64,000 nt of DNA from an uncultured Rivularia sp. (GTDB lineage Bacteria > Cyanobacteriota > Cyanobacteriia > Cyanobacteriales > Nostocaceae). Within the stretch, counting starts at the first letter, position 1. Every line of letters starts with the position of its first letter. The position numbers and the translations under genes were made by a program. The stretch covers positions 3,168,001 to 3,232,000 of the forward strand of contig OY762007.1 in assembly GCA_963665115.1 (NCBI GenBank), given 5' to 3'. The notes below the pieces were generated by a model. It searched no databases. It had not been told where the DNA came from and saw only the letters and a list, made by a program, of their open reading frames with translations. Positions 50,745 through 62,212 of the stretch are shown here, in pieces.

Positions 50745-50856
50745 TACAGCAGATTTCATTTAAGTGAGGTACACATCGTTTCTAGAGGAAGTAGTGAGTA
50801 GTGAGTAGGGAGTAGGGAGTAGGGAAATGTACCTCATATACCTGCAAAGTGCTGTA
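50745..50856. mobile_element. MITE-like element of the same family as 2035-2141, STRR core
   Basis: TACAGCAGATTTCAT..GAGGTACA / TGTACCTCA..TGCAAAGTGCTGTA. Confidence 0.75.
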
Positions 50857-51030
50857 TATGGTGTCCCGCTAATTCTAAACAAGCGGGATATTTTTTAGTT
50901 ACCTACAAAATGCTCTGCTTCTCCTGTCTTAACTTCATCTAGCAATTTTGCTGTCATAAAATACAAGTGCTATAAATTGCTCAATCCTCTGCAATAATTC
51001 TATTGTTGCGGATATGCGAACTGATAAAAA

Positions 51031-51510
51031 ATGACAAATCTGACTGAAATACTCAAACCTATTGCCAATTGGTTTAGCTATGCCGGTATTCCTGAACCAG
51101 TAATACATTGGGGTCATCCGGCTATGATGGCAGTTGTAATCTTTGTAATGGGTAGTTTTGTGGGATTTACAGGTTGGCGGTCGCGAATTACCGAAGACAA
51201 ACAAGTTGCGATTGAAAGTCGCAGCGGTCATCGTAAACTAGCACCGTGGATGTTTTTATTCATGATGCTCGGTTCGATTGGTGGGGTTTTATCTTTGGTG
51301 ATGCAAAATAAACCAATTTTACAAAGCTCTCATTTTTGGACTGGCTCAATTATATTGGTGCTACTGGCAATTAATGCCACAATTTCTTTAACGAAATTTG
51401 GAGGTAATAAGCCAGGTTTGCGAGCGCTTCATGCTTACTTAGGTAGCACTGCACTTTGTGTAATGGTTTTACACGCAGTACTTGGTTTCCGATTGGGTAT
51501 ATCAATTTAA
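51031..51510 (+). CDS. DUF4079 family membrane protein
   Basis: PEPVIHWGHP, HRKLAPW, SSHFWTG, LHAYLG. Confidence 0.85.
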   Translation: MTNLTEILKPIANWFSYAGIPEPVIHWGHPAMMAVVIFVMGSFVGFTGWRSRITEDKQVAIESRSGHRKLAPWMFLFMMLGSIGGVLSLVMQNKPILQSSHFWTGSIILVLLAINATISLTKFGGNKPGLRALHAYLGSTALCVMVLHAVLGFRLGISI

Positions 51511-51605
51511 TTGATTAACTATAATCTTTGTAGCTTTATATCCTTCCTTAGTATCCGCTCAAAAAAATGGGGTAAAGGTACACCTTGCGTCGTAGAATAT
51601 GAAGC

Positions 51606-53294
51606 ATGACGCAAAAACGATCATCTAAAAAATTAGTCACAGCATTATTGCAATCAATCGACCCAAAACAGATTGCAGACGAGGACGTGCGTCAAACGGT
51701 AGAAGTATTACTCAACTTAATAGAACAGCTAAATGTAAAAATCAAAGAATTAGAAGAAGAAAATCAAAAACTACGTGATGAAAACAACCGCTTAAAAGGT
51801 GAACAAGGTAAACCAGACATCAAAGCGAATAAAAACAAAGGGTTTAAGAAAAACTATTCATCAGAAAAAGAACGAAAAATAGCAAAAGAACACAGTAAAG
51901 CAAGTAAAAACGAGTCTATCAAGATAAACCGAGAAGAGATTGTAGTTTACCCACAAGAACAATTACCAGCAGACGCACAGTTCAAGGGTTATGAGGAAGT
52001 AGTAGTCCAAGACATTTTACTTAAGCCAGATAACATACTGTTCCGCAAGCAAAAATACTACTCACCAGAAACAGGAAAAACTTATTTAGCGGAACTACCA
52101 ACAGGTTACGAAGGTGAATTTGGTCCAGGAGTAAAAGCTTTGGTCATGAGTCTATATTATGGTGGAAACATGACCCAAGGGAAGTTATTAGAATTTTTAG
52201 AAGATATTGGTATCTCGATTAGTGCAGGAACAATATCAAATTTATTAATTAAAAACCAAGAATATTTTGAAGCTGAATACGAAGAAGTATACAAGGAAGG
52301 GTTAGCCAGCAGTCCTTGGCAACACTTTGACCAAACAGGTGCGCGTGTTGCAGGAGTGAACCATACAACAAATGTGATTTGTAACCCCTTGTACACAATT
52401 TACCAAACAACGCGATACAAAGACCGTTTGACTGTATTAAAAGTATTTCAAAACACAACCGAACTCTCCTTTGTTCTCAACGAGATGACCTATGAACTTT
52501 TGGAGACTTTTAAAGTTCCAATTAAGTGGGTTAATAAACTAAAATTACTATCTCAACAGAAGGCTTTTACCGAAACTGAGTTTAATTTTTTGATTGGTGA
52601 GTACTTAAGTAGACTTGGTTCTCAACACCGTTCTCGCATATATGAATCGGCAGCAATTGCTTTTTATCATCAGCAATCAACTGTACCAGTAATTACAACT
52701 CTAGTATGCGATGATGCTCCGCAGTTCAAGTTAATAACATCGGATTTGGCTCTTTGTTGGGTGCATGAAGGACGACATTATAAGAAATTAAGTCCGCTTA
52801 TACCTTGCCATCAAAAACTTTTAGATAATTTTCTAGAAAGATTCTGGGAATATTACAGAAAATTATTATCTTATCGAGATTCTCCAAGTTGGGATAAAGC
52901 TCACGAACTAGAAATGGAATTTTGGACACTTTTTACAGAAAAAAGTGGTTATCAACAGTTAGATGAGCGAAAACGATTAACTACTTTGAAAGTAAACGAG
53001 TTGCTTCTCGTGTTGGAGCATCCAGAATTACTATTGCATAACAACCCTGCCGAATTAGCTGCTAGGACTATGGTACAACGACGTAACATCAGTTACGCAA
53101 CCCAGACAAAACAAGGCACAAAAGCGTGGGATGTTTTTATGTCCCTTGTTGACACTACTCGTAAGTTGGGTATCAGTTTTTATGAGTATATGCGTGACCG
53201 CATTTCTCAAGTTGAAAATATTCCATCTTTGGGGACAATTATTCGGAAGAAATCTTCTTCTAATTCCTATGGTTGGTCATGGATGCCTCAATAA
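51606..53294 (+). CDS. IS66 family DDE transposase
   Basis: N-terminal coiled coil; FDQTG, CDDAPQF, LCWVHEGRH, HNNPAE. Confidence 0.9.
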   Translation: MTQKRSSKKLVTALLQSIDPKQIADEDVRQTVEVLLNLIEQLNVKIKELEEENQKLRDENNRLKGEQGKPDIKANKNKGFKKNYSSEKERKIAKEHSKASKNESIKINREEIVVYPQEQLPADAQFKGYEEVVVQDILLKPDNILFRKQKYYSPETGKTYLAELPTGYEGEFGPGVKALVMSLYYGGNMTQGKLLEFLEDIGISISAGTISNLLIKNQEYFEAEYEEVYKEGLASSPWQHFDQTGARVAGVNHTTNVICNPLYTIYQTTRYKDRLTVLKVFQNTTELSFVLNEMTYELLETFKVPIKWVNKLKLLSQQKAFTETEFNFLIGEYLSRLGSQHRSRIYESAAIAFYHQQSTVPVITTLVCDDAPQFKLITSDLALCWVHEGRHYKKLSPLIPCHQKLLDNFLERFWEYYRKLLSYRDSPSWDKAHELEMEFWTLFTEKSGYQQLDERKRLTTLKVNELLLVLEHPELLLHNNPAELAARTMVQRRNISYATQTKQGTKAWDVFMSLVDTTRKLGISFYEYMRDRISQVENIPSLGTIIRKKSSSNSYGWSWMPQ

Positions 53295-53520
53295 CACCCC
53301 TGTATATTAAGACTGTGCTAAACCCTCATATCCTTGGTTGTAGAATACTGTAAAGTGCATGGATTAACCACATCTATTTCTTCATAGTTTTTATAAGCGA
53401 TTGAAACTTTTTTAGTTACTTTGATAGCATATTTACAATTTACCTTATTTGCAACTTCCGCTATTAATCAATTTCTTGATTTTGATTATTTTTATTTATT
53501 TGTTGCTCTCACGAGAGATC

Positions 53521-53665
53521 CAGCAACTGGGGAAGATTTGGCGGCGACAGCGGAGTGCCAGGTGGGGGCACGATTATTTTCTGTGCCTATGTAAAATCTA
53601 TCTGCCCCTACCTGGTACCGTCAAATCAGCGTAGCGGTTCCCCAGTTGCGCCGCTGCTTTTTTTT
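53521..53665 (+). ncRNA. candidate structured RNA inside the IS66 right arm
   Basis: Three nested stems (12, 9, 16 bp) with three G-U pairs on the + strand, followed by T8. Confidence 0.5.
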
Positions 53666-53770
53666 ATCGTAGTTGACATTCAAGACAGCCGATACCCCGA
53701 AATTTTGAGGGGATACCTTCCTTATATATAGGGAAGGAAGTTTTTTTCTCAATTATTTTTCTTCTTCTTA

Positions 53771-56123
53771 ATGATTCAAGCTCCTGGTTTAATTATTTGT
53801 CTTGGCTATATTCTAGGGTTGGTAATAAGTGCAAGTCCTTGGGGCGGAATTTTGGTATTGTTTTTAAGTGTAGTCGTAACCGTTCTGTTTCAAAGACAGC
53901 GTGTTGTTTCTAAGAAGCTTGCTCTACAGAAAACAAAGCCTCAAGTTGCCAAGAAAGCCGCACATACTTTAAGAACTACTCCTCATCCCAGAATATTTTT
54001 GATTGCTGGTTTGGTTGCATTGCTCGCCACATTTTATTTTCAAGCGCGTCTTCCCCAGCCAGGAGCTAAAGATATTAGTAATTTTGTTCCCGTTGGGAAT
54101 AGTAAAAATCAAGAACAATTGGTAATTGTTAGAGGTGATGTAGCAAGCACCCCCCGTTTAACTCGTTCGGGAAAGGGACAATTTTGGTTACAGGCAACTC
54201 AACTTTCTGAAGTAACTAATAAAAGTGAAGAAGCAGTTAGCAAAGGAGTTACTGGAAAGTTATATGTAACGGTACCCATCCTAAAATCTACTGGTTTATA
54301 CCCAAAACAACAAGTTGAAGTTACTGGAGTTTTATACAAACCTAAAAACGCATTAAATCCTGGAGCTTTTGATTTTAAAGCTTATTTGCAAAAACAAGGT
54401 GCTTTTGCTGGTTTAAATGGAAGACAGTTGAAAGATTTTGACGAAGAATATGAATGGGGATTGTGGAAGTTACGACAGAAAATAATTAAGTCACAAGTTC
54501 GTTGGTTGGGTGTTCCGGAAGGGTCCGCTCGTCAGTGCTATGGTTTTAGGAAGCAAAGCAGTTGATTTACCATATTCCACTCGCGATTTATTTGTACAAG
54601 CGGGATTAGCTCATTCTATAGCTGCTTCAGGATTTCATGTTTCGCTAATTTTAGGTTTGGCATTAGGTTTAACAAAACGTTTTTCTAAAAAAACTCAATT
54701 TATTTGCGGTAGCTTAGCATTAATTTTATTCTTGAGCTTGACTGGTTTGCAGCCTTCGGTTCTTAGAGCGGTAATTATGGGATTTGCTGCTTTAATTGCA
54801 ATCGGGCTAAAACGAAAGGTGAAACAGTTGGGTTCATTGATAGTTGCAGCGACTCTATTATTATTGTTTAATCCTCTATGGATTTGGGACTTAGGATTTC
54901 AACTAAGCTTTTTGGCTACTTTGGGATTAATTCTCACGGTACCCGCAATTACAAAACGTTTGGGATGGCTACCACCAACTATTGCATCTTTAATTGCAGT
55001 TCCTTTGGCGGCTACGATTTGGACGTTACCTTTACAGCTTTATGTATTTGGTATCGTACCATCTTACGGAATTCTACTAAATATTATCGTTACACCTTTA
55101 ATATCTGTAATCAGTATTGGTGGGATTATTAGTGCTGTGGCTGCATTGATATTGCCTTTTGCAGGAAGCTTTTTGGCTAGCGTGTTGCATTACCCAACCA
55201 ATTTATTAATTAAAATAGTCGAATTTTTTAGCAATTTACCAGGAAACTCAGTTGCAGTTGGCAAAATAGGAATTTGGCAAGTAGTTATTATTTACGGACT
55301 GCTTTTCTGTACTTGGCAGATACGCTGGTGGCAAAAACGGTGGTTTATTGCAGCTTTAATATCTATAGGTTTAGTACTAATTCCTGCTTGGCATTCCGCA
55401 AATAGTTTATTTCGCGTTACCGTTTTAGCTGCCGGAAGAGAACCAGTTGTGGTAATTCAAGATAGAGGAAAAGTAACGGTAATTAATAGCGCAGATGAAG
55501 ATGTCGGGAATTTTACGATAGTACCGTTTTTACAACAACAAGGTGTAAATATAATTGATTGGGCGATCGCCACTGATTTTCAAAACAATGGTAGCAGTGG
55601 CTGGCTGGAAATAATAGAACGTTTAGCCATCAAAATTTTCTATGATTATTCCCCCAATCCGAATTACGCTTTAACTCAAAAAGCAATTCAAACAGAAGTA
55701 CGGCAAGACAAAGGAATATACCAGGTTTTATCTTTAGGTCAAACTGTAAATACTGGTTCGGCGGTAATACGACTGCTTAATAATCGATTGCCTGTAATGC
55801 AGATGCAAATACTCGATCGATCTTGGTTGTTTGTTGGAAATCTCGAACCCGACGAACTCCGCAAGCTAATCGAAAGCCGAAGTTTACCGCGCCCGCAAGT
55901 CCTTTGGTGTCCTACCAAATCTTTAAAAGAACTAGTTCCCGCTCTACAACCGCAAGTGGCGATCGCACCTAATGCCAACCTTGAAACTAAGGATTTATCA
56001 TTACTCAACCAAAGTAAAACTCAAATATTATTTACAGGAAGAGATGGTGCAATTCAGTGGACACCTCAGCGACAATTTGAGCCATTTGTTCGGAGTACAG
56101 AAGATATCACTTCTTTACTGTGA
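53771..56123 (+). CDS. comEC: ComEC/Rec2 competence protein (apparent +1 frameshift at 54521-54523)
   Basis: NPGAFDFKAYL, GLAHSIAASGFHVS, PSVLRA, GFQLSFLAT, TGRDGAI. Confidence 0.9.
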
Positions 56124-56202
56124 TCTTTTAATTAACTCTAGTTTATTGATAAATTCGACTAAGATATGATATTTTGTTTATATTAGGGGTAATATGCCCT
56201 TT

Positions 56203-56289
56203 GGAGAGGTGGCAGAGCGGTTGAATGCGGCGCACTCGAAATGCGTTATACCTTTACGGGTATCGGGGGTTCGAATCCCCCCCTCTCCG
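56203..56289 (+). tRNA. tRNA-Ser(CGA)
   Basis: GGAGAGG acceptor, GCGCA-CT-CGA-AA-TGCGT anticodon arm, long variable arm. Confidence 0.95.
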
Positions 56290-56833
56290 TTTAATTAGTT
56301 TTGAACTGAATTGAATTTTGGATGACAGCGTTTTGATGAACCTAACGCTACGATTGTTATAAGTCAATTTAACTTAAACCGATCGCATTTAGAAGCAGTT
56401 TTACCTAAAAATCAGGATTTTCAGATTTATCCGTAATTGGCCTTTACCAAATTGATTTAATTTAAGTAGGAATCAGTATTTCACTAAACTAGATAAAATA
56501 TTGCGAAAGCTATTATTTTTAACTGTTTGCACCAATAGATGCAGCAGAAATTCGCTTTCCTTATAGCTTCAACATCTACAAGTATGCAAATAGCGATCGG
56601 CAATAAAATATACTTTTGATATCGTTCCTTAATCAATGAGTAATTACTTGCATCTACTTCAAGCACTTATGTAGCAGTAACGAGGCTGCTGATTATGTTT
56701 GGGAAAAGAACGAATCACCTAAGTCTATTCACTTATCGATTACGCTAATACAAAGTATAAAAATAGTGATACTTACTGAACCATTCTGCTAAACACTTAG
56801 TTAAATTAAAGCCATAGTGTGAGGAGTTGAAAT

Positions 56834-58001
56834 ATGTTGAATCAGAAGCTGAAGGCATCGCTTTCAGTTAGCTTTGTCGGTTGTTGTTTTGCGCTGGGTT
56901 TTGGTATAAGTTTACTCATGCGCTTCCAGGCACAGACATCACAAAAAAATGATGTTGTAATAAAAACAGCAGTCGCATCTTTGGAATCCAAAGATTCAAA
57001 AAGAATCCCAACTAACGAAAAGAAAAATGCAAAGTCGATAACGATTAAAGCGGTTGGAGATGTTATCCCAGGTACAAACTATCCTAATTACAGACTTCCA
57101 GCTAATTCCAACCAACTAATACCAGAACCTGTAAGAGCTTATTTAAGTGAAGCTGACGTTTTATTTGGTAACTTTGAAACTACCTTAACTAACCATCGTT
57201 ATTCGGCGAAAGATGTTAGTAGAGGACAGGTGTTTGCTTTTCGTTCCCCACCAGAATATGCCAAATTATTTTCTGATGTTGGATTTAATGTATTCAACGT
57301 AGCGAATAATCATGCCAGAGACTTTGGCATGGTTGGTTTCAAAGACACGATGAAAAATCTTAAAGACGTTGGTATTGAAACATTAGGTCATAAAAATCAA
57401 ATTCTCTTTTTAGAAAAAAATAATAACAAAATTGCGATGATAGGGTTTGCGCCCTATGAATTTTATAATTCTATTCACGATTTAGAAGCAGCTAAAGCTC
57501 TTATAAAAAAAGCCCGAAAAGAAGCAAATATAGTAATCGTATCCATGCATGTAGGCGCTGAAGGTACTGGTGCGCTACACACCAAAAATAAAACAGAATA
57601 TTTTTACGGGGAAAATCGGGGAAATTCGGTTAAATTTGCTCGGACAATGATTGACGCAGGAGCAGACTTGGTACTTGGGCACGGACCCTCATGTTCCTAG
57701 AGCAATGGAAATGTACAAGGGAAAACTGATTGCTTATTCTTTAGGAAACTTTTTAGGGTATCGGACTTTATCGAGTGTTGCACAAGCGGGTTACTCAATG
57801 ATATTAGAAGTCAAAATGAGTCCTCAAGGAAGTGTGGAGAACGCAAAAATTATTCCGGTGCGAATGAATGGACAAGGAATTCCCTATATTGACCAAAATT
57901 TTAAAACTGTGCAACTGGTACGTTATTTAAATAAATCTGATTTCCCTAATTCGACTGTAGAGATTAATCAAAAAGGAGAATTGGTACTCGCAAAGCAATG
58001 A
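56834..58001 (+). CDS. CapA family (PGA_cap) metallophosphatase (apparent +1 frameshift at 57686-57688)
   Basis: VGDV, GNFE, ANNHARDFG, SMHVGAE, GHGPHV (restored), YSLGNF. Confidence 0.9.
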
Positions 58002-58043
58002 ACAATTATCAATGAGCAATGAATATTGATAATTGTTCATTGT

Positions 58044-58877
58044 TCATTGATTTACAGTTTCCAAAACTTCCTTATTTAAAACTTGATTTAATTTTCCGCT
58101 GCGATAACCTTCTAAATCTAAAGTTACATAAATAAAGCCAAATTCCTGAAAAGCAGATACTAGTGACTTTAAATCTATATTTATAATAAAATCCTGGATT
58201 TGTTCTGGTGGTAATTCTATACGTGCTGTATCACCCTCCGAACGAACTCGTAAGTTATTCCATCCCAATTTACGTAAATGTATCTCTGCTCTTCCTACTC
58301 GCTGTAATTTAGTTACGGTAATCTCTTCACCGTAAGGAAAGCGGGAACTAAGGCAAGGTTGTGCTGGTTTATCCCACCAAGACAAACCTAAATGCTGGGA
58401 AATTTGACGAACTTCTGGTTTACTTACACCAACTTCTGCTAAGGGAGAACGCGCACCTCTTTCTTTTGCAGCTTGAATACCCGGACGATAATCGTGTAAA
58501 TCGTCTGCATTTACGCCATCAATTACGTAAGGATAACCCAATTTATTTGCCAATGGTTTCAGCGTATCGTGTAATTCGCTTTTGCAAAAATAACAACGAT
58601 TAATGGGATTAGAAGTGTAATTAGGATTTTCCATCTCATTGGTTTCTACAACCTGATGACGAATCCCGATTGTTGCTGCTTGAATTTTGGCATCTTCTAA
58701 TTCTTCTGGCAACAAGCTCGGTGACATCGCAGTTACCGCCAAAGCCCGATTGCCTAGCAGATCGTAAGCAATAGAAGCAACTAAAGTACTATCAACACCA
58801 CCGGAATAAGCAATTATTGCCTGCTCCATCTCTTTAAATAAAGCTTTTAACTGCTCTAGTTTTTCTAAATAGATCAT
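58044..58877 (-). CDS. larE: ATP-dependent sacrificial sulfur transferase LarE-like
   Basis: AYSGGVDS, RCYFCK, DYRPG, PCLSSRFPYG, GYRSG. Confidence 0.9.
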   Translation of the reverse strand: MIYLEKLEQLKALFKEMEQAIIAYSGGVDSTLVASIAYDLLGNRALAVTAMSPSLLPEELEDAKIQAATIGIRHQVVETNEMENPNYTSNPINRCYFCKSELHDTLKPLANKLGYPYVIDGVNADDLHDYRPGIQAAKERGARSPLAEVGVSKPEVRQISQHLGLSWWDKPAQPCLSSRFPYGEEITVTKLQRVGRAEIHLRKLGWNNLRVRSEGDTARIELPPEQIQDFIINIDLKSLVSAFQEFGFIYVTLDLEGYRSGKLNQVLNKEVLETVNQ

Positions 58878-58960
58878 TTCCCAATTCCAACGCAAAATTA
58901 TATGAATTAATCCTTCTATTTTAAGAGGGAGATGAAGTAAGTGAATAAAAAGCTGATTCG

Positions 58961-60805
58961 TCAAGGATCTGTAATATATCGAGATAACATTGTTGCTAAA
59001 AGCGGTAAATCAATCGGTTTACAAATATAATCGTTGACTCCTGCTGCAAAACAAGTATCGCGATCGCCTTTCATTGCCATTGCTGTTTGAGCAATTATAC
59101 AAGTCTTAGAATATCGCTCATTGTCTCGAAGCTGTTTGACTAATGTAATACCGCTGGCATCTGGTAAAACAATATCTATTAAAATAACGCAATAATCTTG
59201 TTTGTTTAAAGCATCCCACATTTGAGAGGCGCTTTTTACCCAAGTAAGTTGATATCCTAATCTTTCTAAATAAGTTTTTATCAGTTCGGCATTAGGTACA
59301 TCGTCTTCTACTAACAAAATATCTGAAGCACCTTTTGAGGAAATTGGTACGTTGTAATTTTTAGAAGCCTGAGTTTGACGTTTCTTTACTGATAAGCTTT
59401 CTTGTGAGGCATCCGAATTTTGTTCTACAGGAATTACTATAGTAAAATGCGAACCTTTATTTAATTCTGATTCTACTTCAACCCAACCACTGTGAATTTC
59501 AGCAAGTTTACGAGTTACCGTTAAACCTAAACCTGTACCTTCTTCACCATTCACGTGTCTCTCGTTAAAAATTTGAAAATATGGTTGAAAAAGTTCGCTT
59601 TGATTTTCCTGACTAATACCGATTCCGGTGTCCCAAACCGTAAAATACATCAAATCATCTTGGGATTTAACTTCTAAACCCACTGTTCCTGTTTTAGTAA
59701 ACTTTACCGCGTTAAAAAGTAAATTCAAAAGTATCTGCTTGAGCCGTAAAGGATCGGCTACCATATTCGTAATATTGGAATCTATATTAAGCCGCATTTG
59801 CAAGCCTTTATTCGCAGCTTTCTCCTTTACCAGTGCTAATACATTACGACACAGTTGTCGGATATCAATTGTTTCCCAATTAACTTCTAACTGATTGGCT
59901 TCAATTTTAGATAAGTCAAGAATATCGTTAATTAAAGCTAGCAGATGTTTACCGCTTGACTGAATAATATTTAAATATTCATGATGACGCTGCTTGGAAG
60001 GGTCGTAACCTTGGGCTAATAGCAAATGAGTAAAACCAATAATCGAACTCAAGGGAGTGCGAATTTCATGACTTGTATTTGCTAAAAATTGGTTTTTAAG
60101 TTGATTAGTACGCTGTAGTTCTTGGTTGTGATGATTAAACTGTAGAGCTTCTTGCTGTAACGAATCAATTTGCTCAAGTTGGCTTAAAGTTGCGGCACAC
60201 ATTGCAGCAGCCTTTGACATTAATTTTGGTAGTTGTTCTATTACATTTACATTTGTGCAAGATTTCACTGAAGCGATTAACCAACCAATAATTTCCAAAG
60301 AATCATTAGTTATACACCAAGCTGCTTGGGGTTGTTGATTTTCTAATTGCTGCAAATCTTCAAAACGTATTTTATTTTTTAACTCCAACCGCAACTTTTT
60401 ATCTTTCCTTACCATCACAGTCAACGGAGAGGGCTGTGAGTGAGTGGTTGAATGAGAAGAGACATAACAAATTTTACAATCAGTTTCCGGTGGTTGAACA
60501 ATGGCGATCGCTACCACATTAAAATCTAATACAATCTTAAGTTCGTTAACTACTGTTTGAAAAATTTCTGTTTTCGTAATGGCTGCTTGAGTATTTTGTC
60601 GATCTTTCGTCTTTCCGGGAATTTGCTCCGAGGACAAAGCTAAAGCCAGACAATGGTTGAGCTGACTTTGCAGTTGATTCACACTGCGTTCCAGCCACAA
60701 TTCGGCTCGAAGTTGTTCGATTTTTGTCAAAACTGTCGATGAATTGGCATCTACATCTAGTTGTGAGTTTTGCTCTGGTAAGCTTGAATACTGCTGCATG
60801 GTCAA
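58961..60805 (-). CDS. hrmK: hybrid histidine kinase/response regulator, HrmK-like
   Basis: MQQYSSLP..QLRAELWLERS N-terminus; SHEIRTPL, NAVKFT, GTGLGL, C-terminal REC; symbol from recalled similarity. Confidence 0.75.
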   Translation of the reverse strand: MTMQQYSSLPEQNSQLDVDANSSTVLTKIEQLRAELWLERSVNQLQSQLNHCLALALSSEQIPGKTKDRQNTQAAITKTEIFQTVVNELKIVLDFNVVAIAIVQPPETDCKICYVSSHSTTHSQPSPLTVMVRKDKKLRLELKNKIRFEDLQQLENQQPQAAWCITNDSLEIIGWLIASVKSCTNVNVIEQLPKLMSKAAAMCAATLSQLEQIDSLQQEALQFNHHNQELQRTNQLKNQFLANTSHEIRTPLSSIIGFTHLLLAQGYDPSKQRHHEYLNIIQSSGKHLLALINDILDLSKIEANQLEVNWETIDIRQLCRNVLALVKEKAANKGLQMRLNIDSNITNMVADPLRLKQILLNLLFNAVKFTKTGTVGLEVKSQDDLMYFTVWDTGIGISQENQSELFQPYFQIFNERHVNGEEGTGLGLTVTRKLAEIHSGWVEVESELNKGSHFTIVIPVEQNSDASQESLSVKKRQTQASKNYNVPISSKGASDILLVEDDVPNAELIKTYLERLGYQLTWVKSASQMWDALNKQDYCVILIDIVLPDASGITLVKQLRDNERYSKTCIIAQTAMAMKGDRDTCFAAGVNDYICKPIDLPLLATMLSRYITDP

Positions 60806-61256
60806 CTCGACCGCTAAATAATTTTGATCGCTTTTTTTAAAGGGCGCGAAATAAACTGGAGTATATTAGCGCACAATCCCTTCTATATATATAAACTAAA
60901 AGCTGTAGTGTCAAATGTCACTCTAAAAATATAGCCTATCGTATTCCGATAATACGGTCACTTATTTGCACTGACTTTAAAGCCTGCTGACCATAAATTT
61001 TTCAATTAATATGGCTGAAACCATGATGACAATAGACTTAAGCAGAATTTAAACTCATATGTATTAACTGTTGCAAAAAGTAAACATCGTGTCAGTCTAA
61101 ATTCTATCCACCTTCAATCTTTTTTTTACAATTCCTTAATATATAGCAATCCGTTTTGATTTCTGTTGGCGCAAGGGTGGCGGAGCCATATAACTCGTAG
61201 GGGTTAAGGAATAGGGAGCAGGGAATCGAAAAGATACTGAGTTTTCTCAGCGCAAA

Positions 61257-61385
61257 TATAGTAATAGCGAGCAAGATGCATGTCCTGGCGGACACGCTGC
61301 GTTAGCGGAGCGAGACGATAGTCTTAGGCAGCACTACAACCTTTTCAAATTTTCCCATTATCCAATTTAGCTGCACATCAGCTTA
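61257..61385. repeat. MITE-like composite repeat, inverted relative of 43065-43192
   Basis: AGCGAGCAAGATGCAT.TCCT.GCGGACACGCTGC and TAGCTGCACATCAGCTTA shared. Confidence 0.65.
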
Positions 61386-61931
61386 ACGGCTAAAGCTTGA
61401 GTTTATTTTTTATAACCTTGTGTATAATCCTATTTCGTGAATAAAACGGATGCCTATTTTTATTTATAGTCAGAGTAAGAGTGATATAAACCTTCATTTA
61501 TACCGAATAAAATAGGTAGAACAATGATGTTACTTATTTTACACGTACTTTTTCGATACGTATTACACTTGAAAATAAATAAATTTCTAATTGTTATCGG
61601 CTGCGAACTTATAAATTATTCTTGGAAAAGTATAGATTATTTATGATTTTCTGTTCGTGAAAAAGCTGAAGTATTGCTCGATGTTCCTCTAAGTTAGTTT
61701 CAAAGAAGAACTTACGAGCAATACACTTCGATAAAAGTTGAAAGCAAAAAGCAAAGATGTTAGGTGCGATGATTTGCCAACCTAAATATTTCCATACTCC
61801 AGATTCAAGTCATTTTTTACACTGTATTTTTATATAGTGCAATCGGGACTGACTTCCGGCAACCTCCAACTTTAATCTCGTATTAGCACGGCACGCTTAC
61901 ATCAGATGCCCAAGCGCGACTTTGCCGCAAT

Positions 61932-62066
61932 TTAAGGATTAATAATGTGAAAATAAATTGCTGCCACCAATACATTACCAGCCAGCAGAATAGCACTGAT
62001 TAAAGTGCGGTAGGGGAAAGGTGCTTTAGCATCTGTCTGAGGAACATCTACACCTACTTTAGCCAT
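61932..62066 (-). CDS. psaX: photosystem I subunit PsaX (44 aa, not in ORF track)
   Basis: MAKVGVDVPQTDAKAPFPYRTLISAILLAGNVLVAAIYFHIINP; GGAG RBS. Confidence 0.88.
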   Translation of the reverse strand: MAKVGVDVPQTDAKAPFPYRTLISAILLAGNVLVAAIYFHIINP

Positions 62067-62212
62067 AATCGTTTCTCCTAATTTTAGAACTTCTTAACAA
62101 ATACCAAATAGCTGTCGTTTTTCGCGAAATTTGTTAGAAAGATTTTCATAAAACTGTTAAAAGCTGCAATTAATTGGATTTTCATCCTTTTGTCAATTCT
62201 GTAGATAGTTGA

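Larger units (their letters stand above)
51551..53716 (+). mobile_element. IS66-family insertion sequence (single-ORF type), complete
   Basis: 24-bp imperfect TIRs GTATCC(G/C)CTCAAAA..GGGGTA; 8-bp TSD CTTCCTTA at 51543 and 53717. Confidence 0.92.
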
